Assembly: GCA_030248215.1 (NCBI GenBank)
Contig: JASANG010000611.1
Span: 124,001 to 188,000 of the forward strand
Direction: 5' to 3'
Source of the DNA: Enoplolaimus lenunculus
Lineage: Eukaryota
DNA length: 64,000 bases
Made by a program: the position numbers and the translations under genes. The notes beneath the pieces were generated by a model. That model saw only the letters and a list, made by a program, of their open reading frames with translations, had not been told where the DNA came from and searched no databases. Below, piece after piece: positions 1-14,536 of the stretch; the stretch's first letter is position 1, and the number at the start of each line of letters is the position of its first letter.

Positions 1-1337
1 TAACACTCCGTAACCGAATAACAGAGTTGTGCCATCTGCAGACGCAAGCTAAAATATCAGTAGTGCCCAGTCTTTTTCGGGTCTCTCACAGCAGTATTCT
101 TGGAAATTTAGTAACTTGTGTTGTAGTAGTGTATATAATGATTTGATTTTTTTGTTTGTATTTTTGTGTATGGTTTAAACCTAGTGAAGCATTTTCGTTA
201 TATTATAGAAACTGCAAATACCATTAATAGAAACTAATATCTGTTCCGGAACCATCAAGTTGATATTCGTGTTTACATGCTAGTTTTGTTGCCGACCGAT
301 GTGATTCATAAGCTTAAAATATGCTGTGAAATTTTGAAAAAGTGTAATTACAATTTATTGCGTCAATACAGCTGTACATATTACGTTTTGTGAGATGTAT
401 TTCTTCCCAACATCGCGTTGTTTTAGGGTTTTTAATATTTAGCATCAAATCAAAACTTACATTTCAAAAACCTCCCCTCTCACAGTATAGGCCCGTAGCC
501 AACTCACCTTGTTATGGGGGTGGCTAAATAGTGTTCACGAGGGGCATACAAGGGGGGCAGAGATGCGTAATATGAACCCAATAGGAATTTAACAAAAAAG
601 TGACCTATCCTATAGATCTCCACCAATGGGGGCAGCATTAAAAGTAAATAAATTATTTTCATTAAATTTCTAGGAGGTCCATATTCCGAACCTCCGCCTA
701 CAAGGGGTTTGGATGATTTACAAGTACGGTTGAAAATTTTCTCTGAGGGCCACCCAAACACGGAAACCCTACCACGCACATATATATCCACATTAGGTGA
801 AGAACGGCGCAGCTTGTGATTGCATGCTGAACTCGAGCGCAAAAGGTCCAAGGTTCGTTTTTGGAGAGGTTCTAAACTTTCGGCAACATTTCTGGAAGGA
901 ATTGACTCCATCGTGCAGTTCCAACACATCCATTCTATCACTTAGCCAGAACCGTTGATTCATCGTTAAAAAGCACACACTTCTTTCAGCACCTAATGAT
1001 GAACGAAAATGACTCCTGTTGATTCAGATTCAACAAACGAACAGCGAAATCTTTCCGCCACAATTATTCGGGTCACTACAGTAGAATTGAAACACTGGCT
1101 CAGTGATATTCACAATAAGCAACCGAGACGATTAAAATGTTTTTAGTATTTATTTAAGAGGTTCATAAATAAATTTTTAAATTCTTTTTAATATTTAAAC
1201 ACAAAGTTTAGTTTTGATTTTTATTCAAAAAATATCCACTGCCAAAGCATCGAGATGTCCGTGGCCGTAATTAGTTGGAACATCATAGTTTAGCACAATG
1301 TAAATACTTCCACATTGTAATTGTTTAACCAAACAAT

Positions 1338-4300
1338 ATGCACCAAGAAGTGAAGCGACCACGCCGACGCCAGCAAGATACCAGCAATTCTGGTTGTTGT
1401 ATATCTGGCTCGGACCAAAAAGCTTGTTTCACAGGCATTAAAGCATTTGTTGCTCTGATGTGTCTAGTGATTGCAATTCAAGGAACATATTTGGGCTACG
1501 TTGTTGGTATTCAAACCAGCTTAGAACGCCGATTTGAAATTAGAACAAGCCAAATAGGATTAATGTTGGCGATGTATGACATCGGACATACCATAGCTGT
1601 CATGATTGTTGGGTACTTTGGAGCGGCGGGCCATAAACCGCGATGGACCGCATGGGGAGTCATGATCAGTGCCGTCGCAATGGGTGGTATGGCGTTGCCG
1701 AATTTTATGTGAGTTTATTTTTAAAGTTAGGTACACATTAGCTGATTTGTGTCGCCGGTTTGATCTAAATTTCAAATTCTATATTCACATGACTACGTTT
1801 AACCGCCAGACGCAAACTGTTGAAGAATAATTTGGCCGACGTGTTATTTGTTTACGTTCATGAATAAATCTTCGAAAACATTAGCTTGGTACAATAATTA
1901 GAACTTTGTTAAACATTTCATATATGATGCCGACATTTTTTGATATTTTATTGAAATTTCTCTTATTCATTTTTTAAAAGAAAAGTTTTGAAAACGTAAG
2001 AAATAATCAACAAATAATCGTTACAATCGAAGATAAGTGCGTAGCTATGGGAAACGTCCGGGGTGTAAACTCGCCAATTAATTAACCAAAAGCTCATTTA
2101 TTGTCGTTTCACACCCTGATCAGATAATTTCGGCTGATTTCAACGCACCAAATTATTATATCGGAATCAAAATGATCCTCATTCTACGCACCAGAACCGT
2201 ACAAATTTGAAATACTGGCTAAGCTGCTCGATGAAGCACCAATAACGCATTTCAAAAACAAAAATGAAAGTTCACATTTTGCGTTTCAGATACGGTCCGG
2301 TGTCTGTTGAAGAAGATCTCGAAAATCATCGATCATTGTACATTAAAGCTATGAAATGTGATCCGCATAGACGAGACTCCAAATCTTCGTTCCCTCATCG
2401 CTATATCGCCAAAGAGCCGCCGATCAATTTAACTCGACGCGACGTATCTGCAGCGGTGCGGTCAGAGGGTTCCCTAGAACGCTGGAACGCGACCAATTTA
2501 AAAGTTCGAGATACTCCAACAGACCCACGTGAATCTAAAAGTCGTTACTTGGACACGGCTGAATTGCACAGTAGTCGTCGAACAGGCAACAACAAATTTC
2601 CCCGTAACTCAGTATCTCGTAGAGTGAAATTCATTTATAAACAGAATCGGAAACTTAAATTCGACAATTGTTTAAAAGTTTTTTCAAAGTTCAACACCAG
2701 TTTTGAGCCACGATTATGCAAAAACAACGGTGAACAATCTTCACTTTGGCGTGTTCAAAACGACAGCTTGTTTCAGTTTCCATACGTTTCCATTGCGAAC
2801 CGCAGCTCAATATTTCGCAGCGGGGACAGAACGCGTAGAAGAGTTCATTCTCGCAAACGCAAACTTACAGCCGACACTACAAGACGTCCAACTGCACAAA
2901 ACAATAATACCAAGCAAGATATTTGCGCAAAGCATATGCATGCAGATGCATATATCATTCTTGCAATATCGCAATTAATTGCAGGAATCGCAGCTGCGCC
3001 GTTTAACACTCTGGCTTACGTGTACATTGACGACAATGTTGACTCAAGGAAATCACCGTTTTATTTAGGTAAAAGTATAGCGATTTGGTCAATGTGACAT
3101 TTGTTATTATCCGTAGCTTTTTTTGCAATGAATATCCATTTAATAAAGCTCTGGCATCATAAGTGTAGCCAAGTGGAAATACCGACTTGAGAGGTCGCTT
3201 GTATATATTACAACATGGCTAAAATTAATCAGTGCAAAATCTGAAATAACAGCTAGGAAGAGTTTAAATATTTGCTATCAGTTTTAAACCATACTTTTAA
3301 TATGCAATGCCAGGTATCACAAACCGATTAGCGCAACATTTTGTACAGTTACCCGTCACTTTTCATTCAAAACTTGGTCAATGTTACTTTAAGGGCCGTA
3401 ACAGTAGATTAAGCGTATTCCTAAGCCTAAGCCTAAGCCTAAGCGTTGCAAAAATGTGTTCCTAAGCCTAAGCTTAAACCTAATCCTAAACCTAAGCAAA
3501 AAAATATGTAATATAGAATCTATGTCTACTCTTTTATAGACCTGCAAGAAGCCTGGACGCCCTTTAAAGTAACATGGCCCAAAACGTTATATGAAATGCC
3601 GCTCATGGCCGGTTTTGGATCTGAAAACTTTCGAAATTTCAACGATTTGGGTATTCCAGTGGTTGAAAAAGTTAGCCTGATGTTCGAAAAAACAACAGAA
3701 AAACATTGAGTTGTTCGCCATTTTAGGATATTTTACAGCCGTACGGTGTCGTTTTAGGTTTGCTCACAAGTATGTACGCGTTTGGCCCGGCGTTTGGTTT
3801 TGGTTTGAGTGCACTCTGCAACCATTTATATGCTGATCTAACAGGTAAAAAAGAAACCTTAACATTACCAGGCATAGCCTGTTTTGTTTGAAAGGGTTTT
3901 ATCATACCTGTTTGCTAGTAATTGTAATTTTACTCAAAAACAACTGAACTCGATAGAGCTTTCTTCGCTGTAAAAACAATAAATGACATGTTTGGTTGAA
4001 CTGTTTAAGCTTCGTTACTGACTTTGTCGATTAAGGAAATATAACCTTCTAGTAAAATTAAAACTGGGAATTTGAAAAAATTTGCAATGCTGGTTACCGA
4101 TTGTTCAGGATCACCCACTTGGGATTTTTTTCCCAGGCGTCTTTAGGATTTTTCGAGTTGATAGCACAAGAAACTTCGATCGAAATTTTTGGTAGAACGT
4201 AGCCCACATTGGACAAGTTTTGGCTGCGACACTGCTATATAAGCCTGGATCATTTTAATACTGAGTTTTTTCAGCTGTTCACTCATCAGTCACTGAAACA

Positions 4301-7300
4301 AGCCCAAATTGGATCGGTGCGTGGTGGCTAGGATTTATTATCTGCGCTGTTCTGTATTTAGCAGCAGGAGTGCCTTTATTTTGCTTTCCAAGACAAATTC
4401 AGCCAAAAGCAACCGCTACTCGTGTCCAGTTTAACATCGGCGACTTGGAATATCCCGAAGAACAAATCTCCCTCGGTCAACTACCGCAACAACCTGAGAC
4501 AGAAATCAAAACACAGTCAGAAAATGGTCACAGATCATGCTTATCGTTTTGTAAAACTATAAAAGGTTAGTTCAACATTTTTGCACTGATGGATATTTTG
4601 ACAATTTCGAGGTAGTAAAGCGAGGTTTCACTAAAATGCACACTTAGTATATTTAAAAAATAGCCCATGTTAAGTATAAAGGAATGCCCACTCGCTAACG
4701 CTAAAGCTAAGCTAGGCCTGTAACCAGCTCACCATGCTCGGGAAAAAATTTTAAGGAGGGGATTCGGGGAAATTTTACATTAAGGCCCCCTTTGGCTAAT
4801 GGCCTAGAAAGTGTTATCATCACCTTGAAGAATAAGCTATAAAGACGGTTGAACCCTTACAATCTTACAAAGTCATTCGCACGGGGGAGGTTTTGAGAAA
4901 CGTCCGCCTAAAATTTGGCTGGTGCCCCCAAATAGACTCGGTCTAGAATTAAAAACAATCTGAATTACAGTTGTCCCAAAATTACTTGGTACCCACTAAA
5001 TATAACTTTCTGCGGACGCCCCTGCAATCTAAGCCCGTATTCGCAAATGTGTGTAGCACCAATCACCAGTTGGTTATAGGTCTTGTAACTTTGAAACCAG
5101 CGCGTGGTGAGGGTCGAAACTCAGCACATTGTTCGCATTTGATTTGCCCTACTTCTGTACCAATTTTGAGAGTTGCAATTGAAGGTATTCGCCAGTTTGA
5201 AAACCTATCGCTAACTGATGATAGAGGTGCTATATGCATTTGAGAATATGGGCTCTGATGATAATTTTAGGACTACCTCGTGCAATATGGGATCTCATTC
5301 GCAACCCGGTCTATACAAGTATGCTGTTTGGTTGGATATTTGGTGCGTATCTGGTCGGTGGATTCGGCACTTATTTGCCTAAATATATCGAACATCAGTT
5401 TCACGTGACCGCGTCAATTGCTGACTTGTGTGCAGGTAGCGTTTTCGTTGTTTTGCTGTTTATTAAGTACTTTCTGTATGACGTGATTTTCTATTCATTA
5501 ATTGTGTTTTCGGTTATAAAGGAAAATCTAAATCTCCGTCCCAAAGAACATTTTGCTATGGAATTAAACAAGATTTTTCAGCGAAGAACAGGGCGATTCT
5601 GAGATACGGGATTCGCTTTTGCATGGAAAGTCTTGAATTTAACCGGTGATTGTCTTCTTTCGTTATTTCAAAATAAATATTTGCCACTGCCCGCACATTT
5701 TTTACAAATGTTTTAGACCACGAAGTATGAATATGCCAGTGTTGATTACAATTTAATAACCATAAATAATATGTCGCTATTTGTCGGATCTACGAAAATT
5801 CGTCGCCAGGATACCCTATAGACTGACAGAATCCAAATCTAAGCCTTAGTCCAAACAGAATCCTGCCCAAGCCTAAAGCTTAATGCTACGCCTAATGATA
5901 GGCGACAACTTGTCGAATCGCCAGATTTTGGATTACAAGTTGTCCAGCAACGAATTCTCGTTGTAGTCTGTCTGTCATTGTAGAAATGACTTGTGGACTG
6001 AATTTTCAGGAGTCATATCTATTGGCTCCGTGGCAACAAGTACTGCTGCTGGAGGATTCATTCTTACGCGATTCAATGTTGGCCCTCGACGAGCCACACT
6101 GTACCTGATTATTAGCTGGAGTGGCATTGTAGTAACTTACCTTATTGGGATGGCAATTGGATGCGATGAACCGCATTTAGTTGGTGATCATATACGAAGC
6201 AACTTGTACGTTTGCTTGTGAATAAATTTGCAAATTTAATTAATGTTGAGTTGGCTGAAAATTTCACATTTAGTGTATATACACCAAGAAACCTTGAATG
6301 CCCCTCCTGAAAAATTTTCAGCCCCTCCTAGCAATGTGAGCTGGCTGCGGGCCTGCTTATAAATCGAGTAGAGTAGCTCGAAAACACAACACGCGCTGGT
6401 TAATTTTTTAACTGGGGGAATACGCGTAAAGTTGTAGTATACTTTTGTCTAAGTCATCCATCGTTGACTCTTGGTGTAACTATGAACTGTTATTATCGTA
6501 TCAGTAATTCCTACAATTTCTGCTACCGTTCAGCGTTATACTCTTGTTGTGCGACCTATTATAGATGCCTGATTTTAGACAAACTTTGGTTCTCTAAATA
6601 TTTTACATAAGACAGTTTGAAAATACTAAACAAAGCAATATTTAATGCTAAAAGCAGCAAAATTTGCCAACCAAGTTTACTTTTGACTCTGATGCATATT
6701 TTGTGCCGTTTTATTGTAGCTGGAATTTTACTCAAGAATGCAATCAAGATTGCCGTTGCGGTTCAGTGCGTCAATTTGAACCAGTTTGCAACGTTGACAA
6801 AGTTTATTTTTCGCCGTGTCATGCTGGATGCGAGTTCGATTTTGAAATCAATCAGGTTAACGATAGTTATTGATGTACGAAGTTGTCACATGTTAGTTAT
6901 ACGGGCTCGGATCCGTAGCCAAGACGGAGGGAATGGTGGCTTTCGGTTTATTAAAACATAAGTCTGTTTGGCGATTTTCATTTGCCCATCAACAACAAAA
7001 ACCAAACTTGCGTTTGCCTTCTTGTTCGCTTCGCTCGTCAAGCGTTTTCCACTATGTGGCATCTTGCATTATAAATTTTATAATTCGCCTCTGTACATTA
7101 TTTATTTTGTTAACCACATTATCTATTTTGTGTAATTTTATGCTATTATTATTGTTTCGCTGCTGTATTTTGTCATTTTATTTCAAATGCTTTTAGTGGT
7201 CAAATTGTGCATGTGCAAACAATTCAGCAGTAACCGAAGGATTTTGTCCGAGTCCATGCATTACTATGCCAATTTATGTTACTGTAATGTTCGTTGGACT

Positions 7301-9547
7301 GTTCTTTGGAAATATATTTTTCATGACAACTATGATGGTGATTTTGAGGTATATAAGTTTACTGCAACGCTCAACATTATTGTTATAACCTAATTTTGCG
7401 ACAAACGCATAAAATCGAATCAACTTCACTTCACCTTTTAGTATCAAACTTCATTTTTACTTTCAATTGTAGCAGTGTCAAAGTTTTAGAAACTTTAGAA
7501 ACGAACACCTTGTTGAGCGAAGCGAAACGTTGAGTTAAGGTCGGAGTTTCGCGAAGCATTTTAAGCAATCTAATTTCAGCAGTAACGAGTTTTTGGGTGC
7601 GAGGAATGTGAATAAATTGCCTGCGCACCTTTAAATTCGAAAATTGAACAATTAGCTAATAGCTAATTTGCATATTAGCATAGTTGATAAGCCGAAATTA
7701 GGACTTTTTACGATATTTCACTAATTATTAGGGCTACAAGCAATCTAATTTCGGCAATAAAGGGTTTGTGGGTGCAAGAAATCTAAATAAATTGTCTACA
7801 AATCTTCAGAACCGATAATTAAACAGTTTGGTAATAGCTAATTTGCATATTAGCTTAATTGATAAGCCTAAATTTAGGACTTTTAAAACATTTCACTAAT
7901 TATTATGTTTACTGAAGGGTTTTGGGTGCGAGGAATTGAATAAATTGTTTACAATCCTCTGTAAATCAATAGTTAGCTAATAACTAATTTGCATATTAGC
8001 GCTTAATTGCTTAAGTGTGTTCAAGCTTCGCTCAATGCATGTAGTTCCACTTCGACTGGTGATCGCGATAGTTTTTTTAATTTTTATAATAGCGAATAGG
8101 TACCAGTAGTGGATAAGCAATCCGAAGATACACCTGTCTTCTTCTACACCCCAAATTATAGAAATATGACGATAGGTTAATTCTTTTATTTTTGAACAAA
8201 AGCGTTGATTTCTAAAAACTGTAGGAAATTCCGATTTCAGATGCGTGTATGACGATCAAAAGTCACTGGCGTTAAGTTTCGCATCAAGCTGCACTAATAT
8301 TTTTGGTAAGTCAGTATGATTGTGTACTGCACAATGAATGGGACTACGGATGGAGTTGTAGGGGGCCAGGGCGACTCATCGTTCCTTAGAAAAATTTTAG
8401 CCCCCACAAGTACTATTGCAAAATCAACAAACTCTCCCGTCATAAAATTGTTTTGGCCATCTAGCATGGAGAGTTGGTTACTTACGGACCTGGCTGTTTT
8501 TTGTTAGTGAAACTATTTTTGCCAATTGTTTAATGTGTAGAAGCGTTTGTTTACGTCAGAAAGATATTTAAATTTTTGATGAATCTGGAACTTACTATCA
8601 TGACTAATGCTTAGAGCAGTATAAACCTGTAGAACTTGACTTGATGGCCATATTCTCAATTGTGTGTAGCACCTATCACCAGTTGATAGAATGACATATA
8701 ACAATCGAAATGCCGCTAATCTTAAACTAAGAACAGTAGCGCTAGCAAAACAAATGAATTATCAAAACTTGCCAAATTTCCGAACGCACCGTTTGCTCGT
8801 TCTAATTTATCCATTCACTTTTAGTTGCGCCCACCATGTGGAAAATGGCAACGCCTATTTCCTACTTCTGTTTCTCAAAAAAGGGCAAAAGGAAATTGAG
8901 TTTGAAAACCTTCAATTTCCCACTGCCGTCACTTTCTGAAACATGAGTAGGTAACTCTTTCAAATTTCCGCGTACTGTTTGCAAATTATTGCAATTTACC
9001 ACTGGCTAGAATTTTAGAAACTCAATTTTCTTTTGCCACCGTTTTTGAAAACAGAAGTACAAAATAAGGTAGGTGCCATTTTCCTACATGGGGGCGCAGC
9101 GAAAAAGTAGATGATGCATAAAATTAGAATGTCTATCACCAACTGGTTAAAAACCAGTTACGGGTTTGAGTGCCGAAACTGAATACAAGTCTGATCGTTT
9201 CGTTATGACAAAAGGCACGTATATCGTAAACAATATTTGGTTTTTTATCCTAAGTATATTTGATATTAGGCTTTATTCCAAGTCCGATTATATTTGGTGC
9301 AATTATTGACGCAGCGTGCTCTGTTTGGCATGCAGACTGTCCCGAAACTGGGAATTGTATTTTGTACAACGCATCTCGATTTCGGTACCAATATCACGCT
9401 GGAAATGCCGGTTTTCAACTGTTGGCCATCGTTGCAGTCATTACAACCTACTTTATTTCCCGACGGTTCCGGTTCCCGGAAGAAGAAGAAGAAAAGACGG
9501 GATCGGATCAAACCTCTGGTGATGGTGCAGGATATGCTACTCCTTAA
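1338..9547 (+). CDS. Organic anion transporting polypeptide (OATP/SLCO family), 10 exons: 1338-1708, 2290-3068, 3758-3844, 4275-4565, 5271-5435, 6010-6205, 6720-6855, 7197-7348, 8241-8305, 9270-9547
   Basis: GT-AG introns with consistent phases join into one ORF. OATP hallmarks: SLERRFEIRT..YDIG, HKPRW, YIDDNV, signature NWIGAWWLGF, YLPKYIEHQF, Kazal-like CNQDCRC..FEPVC..YFSPCHAGC, LRCV..DQKSLAL, GFIPSPIIFGAIIDAAC..W..C..C..Y. Stop TAA at 9545-9547. An upstream exon cannot be excluded. Confidence 0.93.
3376..3579. mobile_element. MITE with GG-terminal TIRs, 8-bp TSD and internal (GCCTAA)n telomere-like repeats (Merlin-like)
   Basis: TIR GGTCAATGTTACTTTAAGGGC / GCCCTTTAAAGTAACATGGCC; flanks CAAAACTT / CAAAACGT. 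Confidence 0.75.
7510..8075 (+). mobile_element. DINE-1/HINE-like (non-autonomous Helentron-type) element with internal ~130-bp tandem repeats
   Basis: Subterminal inverted repeats TTGAGCGAAG (7513) and CTTCGCTCAA (8026), then a short imperfect stem-loop at 8041 and a T-run. Related copies lie at 29051-30875 and about 47915-48675. Confidence 0.6.
8800..9130. mobile_element. Degenerate foldback/MITE in OATP intron 9
   Basis: 8800-8905 and 9015-9130 are imperfect reverse complements (CCATGTGGAAAATGGCA / TGCCATTTTCCTACATGG). Confidence 0.55.
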
Positions 9548-11021
9548 AGTTCGTTGAAAGAACGAACGCTTTGATGGGAACACAGGCTTCGCATGCCATT
9601 TTTTCGCAGGGAGGAAGCATTTTGCCTTAAACTTTAATGTTGTGACATAAAAAACCGTAAATTTGCTACCAATAATTCCGCTAGCAAGCCCGCGCAAACA
9701 GAGATCCTGGAGGTGTCGGTCAATTTTCCTCTGTGGATGGTGGACCCCGGAGTTCGCAGTGTATTTTAAGAGTTGCACATGTGTGCAACTACGAGTTAAC
9801 AAGTATATATTAATTTTAGCAAAAAACTAGCAATACCGCGAAAAACCGTTGCGAAAAACTGTAATAAATTGTTTTCTTTCGCCTCCATCCGCAACCAGTT
9901 TTGTTTAAGTGTTAGCAGTGGTGATACTGCTATTCTAGGTTCTGCAATACTTGTTTGATTGAATATACACCAGACGTTTCTGCCGTTTTTTTCAGAAAAT
10001 ACCAACCCCGAGCTTGTGATATACATTAAACAATGTTAAGTCTAACAAAGAGAGTACTGAGTGAACAGGGTCGAGGAGGGAATTCGAGACCCTTAAACCA
10101 AAAAATAGTCTGACAATGTTCGGCTCTATACAAATAACAAAGTATACAAATATCTACGCTAAAGCATCAAAGGATGCGCATTCATTTTGCGATATCAACC
10201 GACATTATACCAAACACGTCAAAACAGGTGCGGAAACATTAAATTTACTTTTTGGTCCACAAACAATAAAGTTCTGCCTACAACACATAATCGTAGACTT
10301 AAATCTAACCTAAGCCTAAGTTTCCCTGTCTCTAAATGCACGAGTCACCTTAGTGTTCCAGCGGGCAATTCCTTATACTTCACACGAGCCTGCCGAAGCC
10401 AAGGGGGGCTGAGGGGGCTCAACCCCCTGGAACTATTTTGCACCCCCTTAGAAAATTTTCAACTTTGCTTGTTTGTCTACTTACGAAAACGCTTGTATGC
10501 CCTCCTGAAAAATTTTTTAGCCCCCAGCAAGGTGCGCTGGCTACGGGCCGGCAACCCTAGCTTAATTAGGATATTTAATACGTTGTTTGCATTATTATGA
10601 TAGATTCGAACGCATAAATCTGTTATATTAATATTTTCATACGTTTGTTTGCATTATTATGATTGTTTGAACGCATAAATCTGCTGTATTAATCTTTTCG
10701 AACAGCTACTGCGTGTGCATGGCAAAACCAATATAAGAACACCGATAGGATTTCATGCTGTTAAAAATAGCATCTGGCATTTCGGCCGCTGCTCTTGCGA
10801 ACTTTCTTCCACTATGCTATCCAAATTATATCACTTTCTGTTTTAGGTAATTAAAATGTTAGTTGGCTTTTGGTTTCACTGAATGTATTGGGATAGCCAA
10901 AGATATTCAACACATTTCAGTTATAGTTTTATACCAATCATTCGCGTTGTCTACACCGTCGAATATATCAATGTCATCAATCTCTTTGAGCAGCCATATT
11001 TTAGTAGTGTGCAAGAAACCC

Positions 11022-11188
11022 GGCCAACGTAAAGAACAGGGGCGGAACTGTATTGTAAGCATATTCCTAATCCTGAGCCTAAGCCTAGCCTAAGCCTAAG
11101 CCTAAGCCAAGCAAAAAATTAGTCTAAAGTTTAATATTACTCTTTTTAGTCTCAGAAAAACGTTCCGCCCCTGATCTTTACATGGGCC
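11022..11188. mobile_element. Telomere-repeat-bearing MITE (Merlin-like)
   Basis: TIR GGCCAACGTAAAGAACAGGGGCGGAAC / GTTCCGCCCCTGATCTTTACATGGGCC; perfect 8-bp TSD AGAAACCC; internal GCCTAA repeats. Confidence 0.8.
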
Positions 11189-13219
11189 AGAAACCCTAAG
11201 CTAATTGGGTACATACGCGAACTTATGCACAGTAGACAATATTTCAAGATTATTAGCCAAATGTCAAGCTCTATTATCCAGCGGTCATTGTAAACTCTTG
11301 TCAAATCCGGTTGTCCCAGATTTTATATTAACTTAAAACTACATTTAGCTGAAATAGAGATACTCATTCGCGAAAGGGCATGTACTCCCCTAAAATTGCT
11401 GGAAAATTAAATTTTGCAACAATCGGTAAATCTCGAACTTACCCCAGCTTTACTGCAACTACTATACGACGCAATCAGTTGGTAGTTAGTTCAAACTATG
11501 TCACTAAACCCTAGCTAGTGTTAGTAATTGAACGCGTGGATATGTAGTAGACCAATCTGCTATTCAGACAAGAAAACTAAGCTTATATCTGCAATAGAAA
11601 TTTTTTCTGAATAACTATAAAGTAGAACCAACTCGGATTGAATTCGAATCTGATTGTATGATCGAACACTAAATTAGCTTAAGCCAAGCTGCTTAACTTT
11701 TTAACAGACGTATAACTATTCTACATACAATGAATGAGCAATTACTTAAAGTTGAAAATATCACGAGTCTACAACAGCAAAGATTATTCTGCATTACGCT
11801 AGTTTATTGAAACGATTTGCAGTTTAACATTCTAAATTAGATATTTGGTGGAAATTAATCACCCCGAGTTAAAGCGTACTTTAGTTTTGAAGGTACATTA
11901 TTAAAGTCAATAAACGTTAAATTTAACGAATTGTTGCAACACCGGATATAATGTCAGTAACGAAGAGCGGCGGAGGGCGGGTTAAAATAAATAACAGTCC
12001 GTAACCGAATAACAGCGGGGTTCCCTGTGGAGAGGCCAAATAAATATCAGTCCCCCTCTTATTCTGGTCACTACGGTACATATTATTTCATTTACGCGAT
12101 GCATTTTTGGTCAATCAGCATGTGAAAGAGGGAGATGTGGCGTACGTTTCAAAATTATCTTTCTTTAGTGCCCATATTCTTAAATGTATACTGCCTCATC
12201 GCTATATAACAATCAGCTGTCAAACTAGCGGTATCATGCAAAGCGGATCTCAAAGTGAGCACAGTAGTAGAAACGAAACCCGAAAACTATACTGACATTT
12301 GAATTGGCGTCTACCGGGACATTTTACCGGCTGGCCGGCGGCCGGCCAATATCCAAATTTTAAAAATTATCGAGCAATTAAATAATTATATATCCAAGGT
12401 ATATTTATCGTTTCGTATCTATCCTATAAGTTTTAAATGACAATTTGCAACATTGTTTACTCAACAGTATTGTATACCCTAACATATGTACACAATATTG
12501 TCAATCACACTTTATGCAATTACGACGAAACGTTTAAGTATGATCAAAATATTAATGTGATGACGAGTGAAAGCAAGAAAAAACAGCAGTTATTATTATA
12601 TTGTTAAAACGTACATAAATAGTGGATCTAGAGAGAGGCTATGACAGAAAAATTTTGGTGAAAAATTGCTAACAGCTTTACCTTGCAAATTTAAAATTTT
12701 GAGAGAGTCTTAGAAATTTGGTTAACTATACTGTGTCAGGTGTCGCATAAAAAAATGACCGCCAAAAATGACCCCTGCGCACATTTTCATGGGGGTCCGA
12801 TTTTCGCAGTACTGTCGCGTGAAAAAATGACCCCAATAAAAGAGGCCCGCAGTCATTTTTACACGGCCAGTATACGAATGAAATATTGAGCCTCATGAAA
12901 TAATGACCCCCGTTGCAATCCAGCCAAAGATGGCAGCACGAATGACTTTGAGTTGTTTACTAAATAAATGTGCCAAATATAGCACCCTTCCTCCCGGTAG
13001 ATAACTTTATTGAGATGTTGCCATACAAAAGACTTCAGATGCCTAAATGTGCACACTGTGAAATTGAGCGAAATTAACAGTTGTCATAGTTGTTTATTTA
13101 TGATTGTTAGGTTTGAAGTCATTGCGTTTATGACCATGTAATTTAGAAGTGCTAACGTTCCTTTAGCATGATTGTGGTAAAATTAATATGGACATCGTGT
13201 TGGCGTAATATGTAGGTTT

Positions 13220-13584
13220 AGCATCGGCAAATTTTGAAAACGAGAATCGTTATCGGCTTTGGCAAAACTTTGGAGTCGGCACATCACTATTTTCTAGTTA
13301 AAGCATCGGCAAATTTTGAAAACGAGAATCGTTATCGGCTTTGGCAAAACTTTGGAGTCGGCACATCACTATTTTCTAGTTAAGTTTTAGACATTGCACG
13401 CCAACATAGCTCACTGCGGGTGGGGCAGGTAACCCTAGCCACGCCCATATTTTACCGTACGATGATGCTAAAAACACTTGGATCACCCAGATAAGCTCAC
13501 TGCGGGTGGGGCAGGTAACCCTAGCCACGCCCATATTTTACCGTACGATGATGCTAAAAACACTTGGATCACCCAGATAAGCTC
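13220..13584. repeat. Two adjacent perfect tandem duplications (82-bp and 86-bp period)
   Basis: AGCATCGGCAAA... starts at 13220 and 13302; AGCTCACTGCGGG... starts at 13408 and 13494. Confidence 0.9.
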
Positions 13585-14536
13585 CCGCTACGCCTTCAAA
13601 AACACATAAACCGGTGGTTTCGAACCCGGTACGCTAAAATATCGCGTCACTCGGGATTTCCTTGCGATATTCCAACCTTAGCACATTCCCTGGTGCAGTA
13701 GTATCCCTACAATTATGACAATTCATTATTTTTCTATTTGCCGCTCGATGACGCGAATGTATTAGCATCCAGATATAAACAACTTTGATTCATCGAAGCA
13801 TCATCTTGATGTGAACAAATGACAGATGCGTTTATCGGATCAAACAATGCGCAACAGAAACGCGAGGGCACCAACGGATTAATGCATATTGATGGATAAG
13901 GCTTTGTTGAATACTGGAGAATTCCAACTTTCGCTTAAGATGAACCAAAGCAATCGTAAACGAATTGTCGACAACACACAAACAGTATTACTTTTGTTCA
14001 ACTAAAACCGCTGTTTTTACCTCTCATAGCATCAAGGTGGATAGCTCGGGTTATACAGCTTTTTCAAACGGTAAAATCCATTAGAAATTGTGGGTGCCAC
14101 AATCACTTGAGTCATTCCACCATAATTTCAATTGTGAAGAGAGAACTAACATTCAGTTCAGAAGGTTCCGAATTTCGGGCAAAATGTCATGGGTCTCTCT
14201 AAACGTTTGATCCGCACATATTATGCTTCCGTTATTAAGTGAGTTGGCATTTTAATCTGTGAACGAGGTTTATATTTATAGCAAAAATTCTCAGTGAAAT
14301 AGGATACGTCATTTGTGTTTTGACCACGTGTTACTGCAGATATTGTTTGGTAAAAAATTCGTTTTAAAACACACTTTTTTTCGTGTATTGCGAAAACACG
14401 ATACGTTAAACAATAGATTTCAACCAACTCAGCAAATTGATGTTTACAGATCGGTAGAGTCCGGGAATACTTTATCTTGAAAAATACTTCAATATTTATC
14501 CAAAAAGGTATACATGTCTGGATGGATATTCGTATA

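Noticed and set aside
504..978. Minus-strand ORFs of 145 and 61 aa
   Set aside because: They overlap a GGCCCGTAGCC-type repeat fragment and show no recognisable domain or splice structure.
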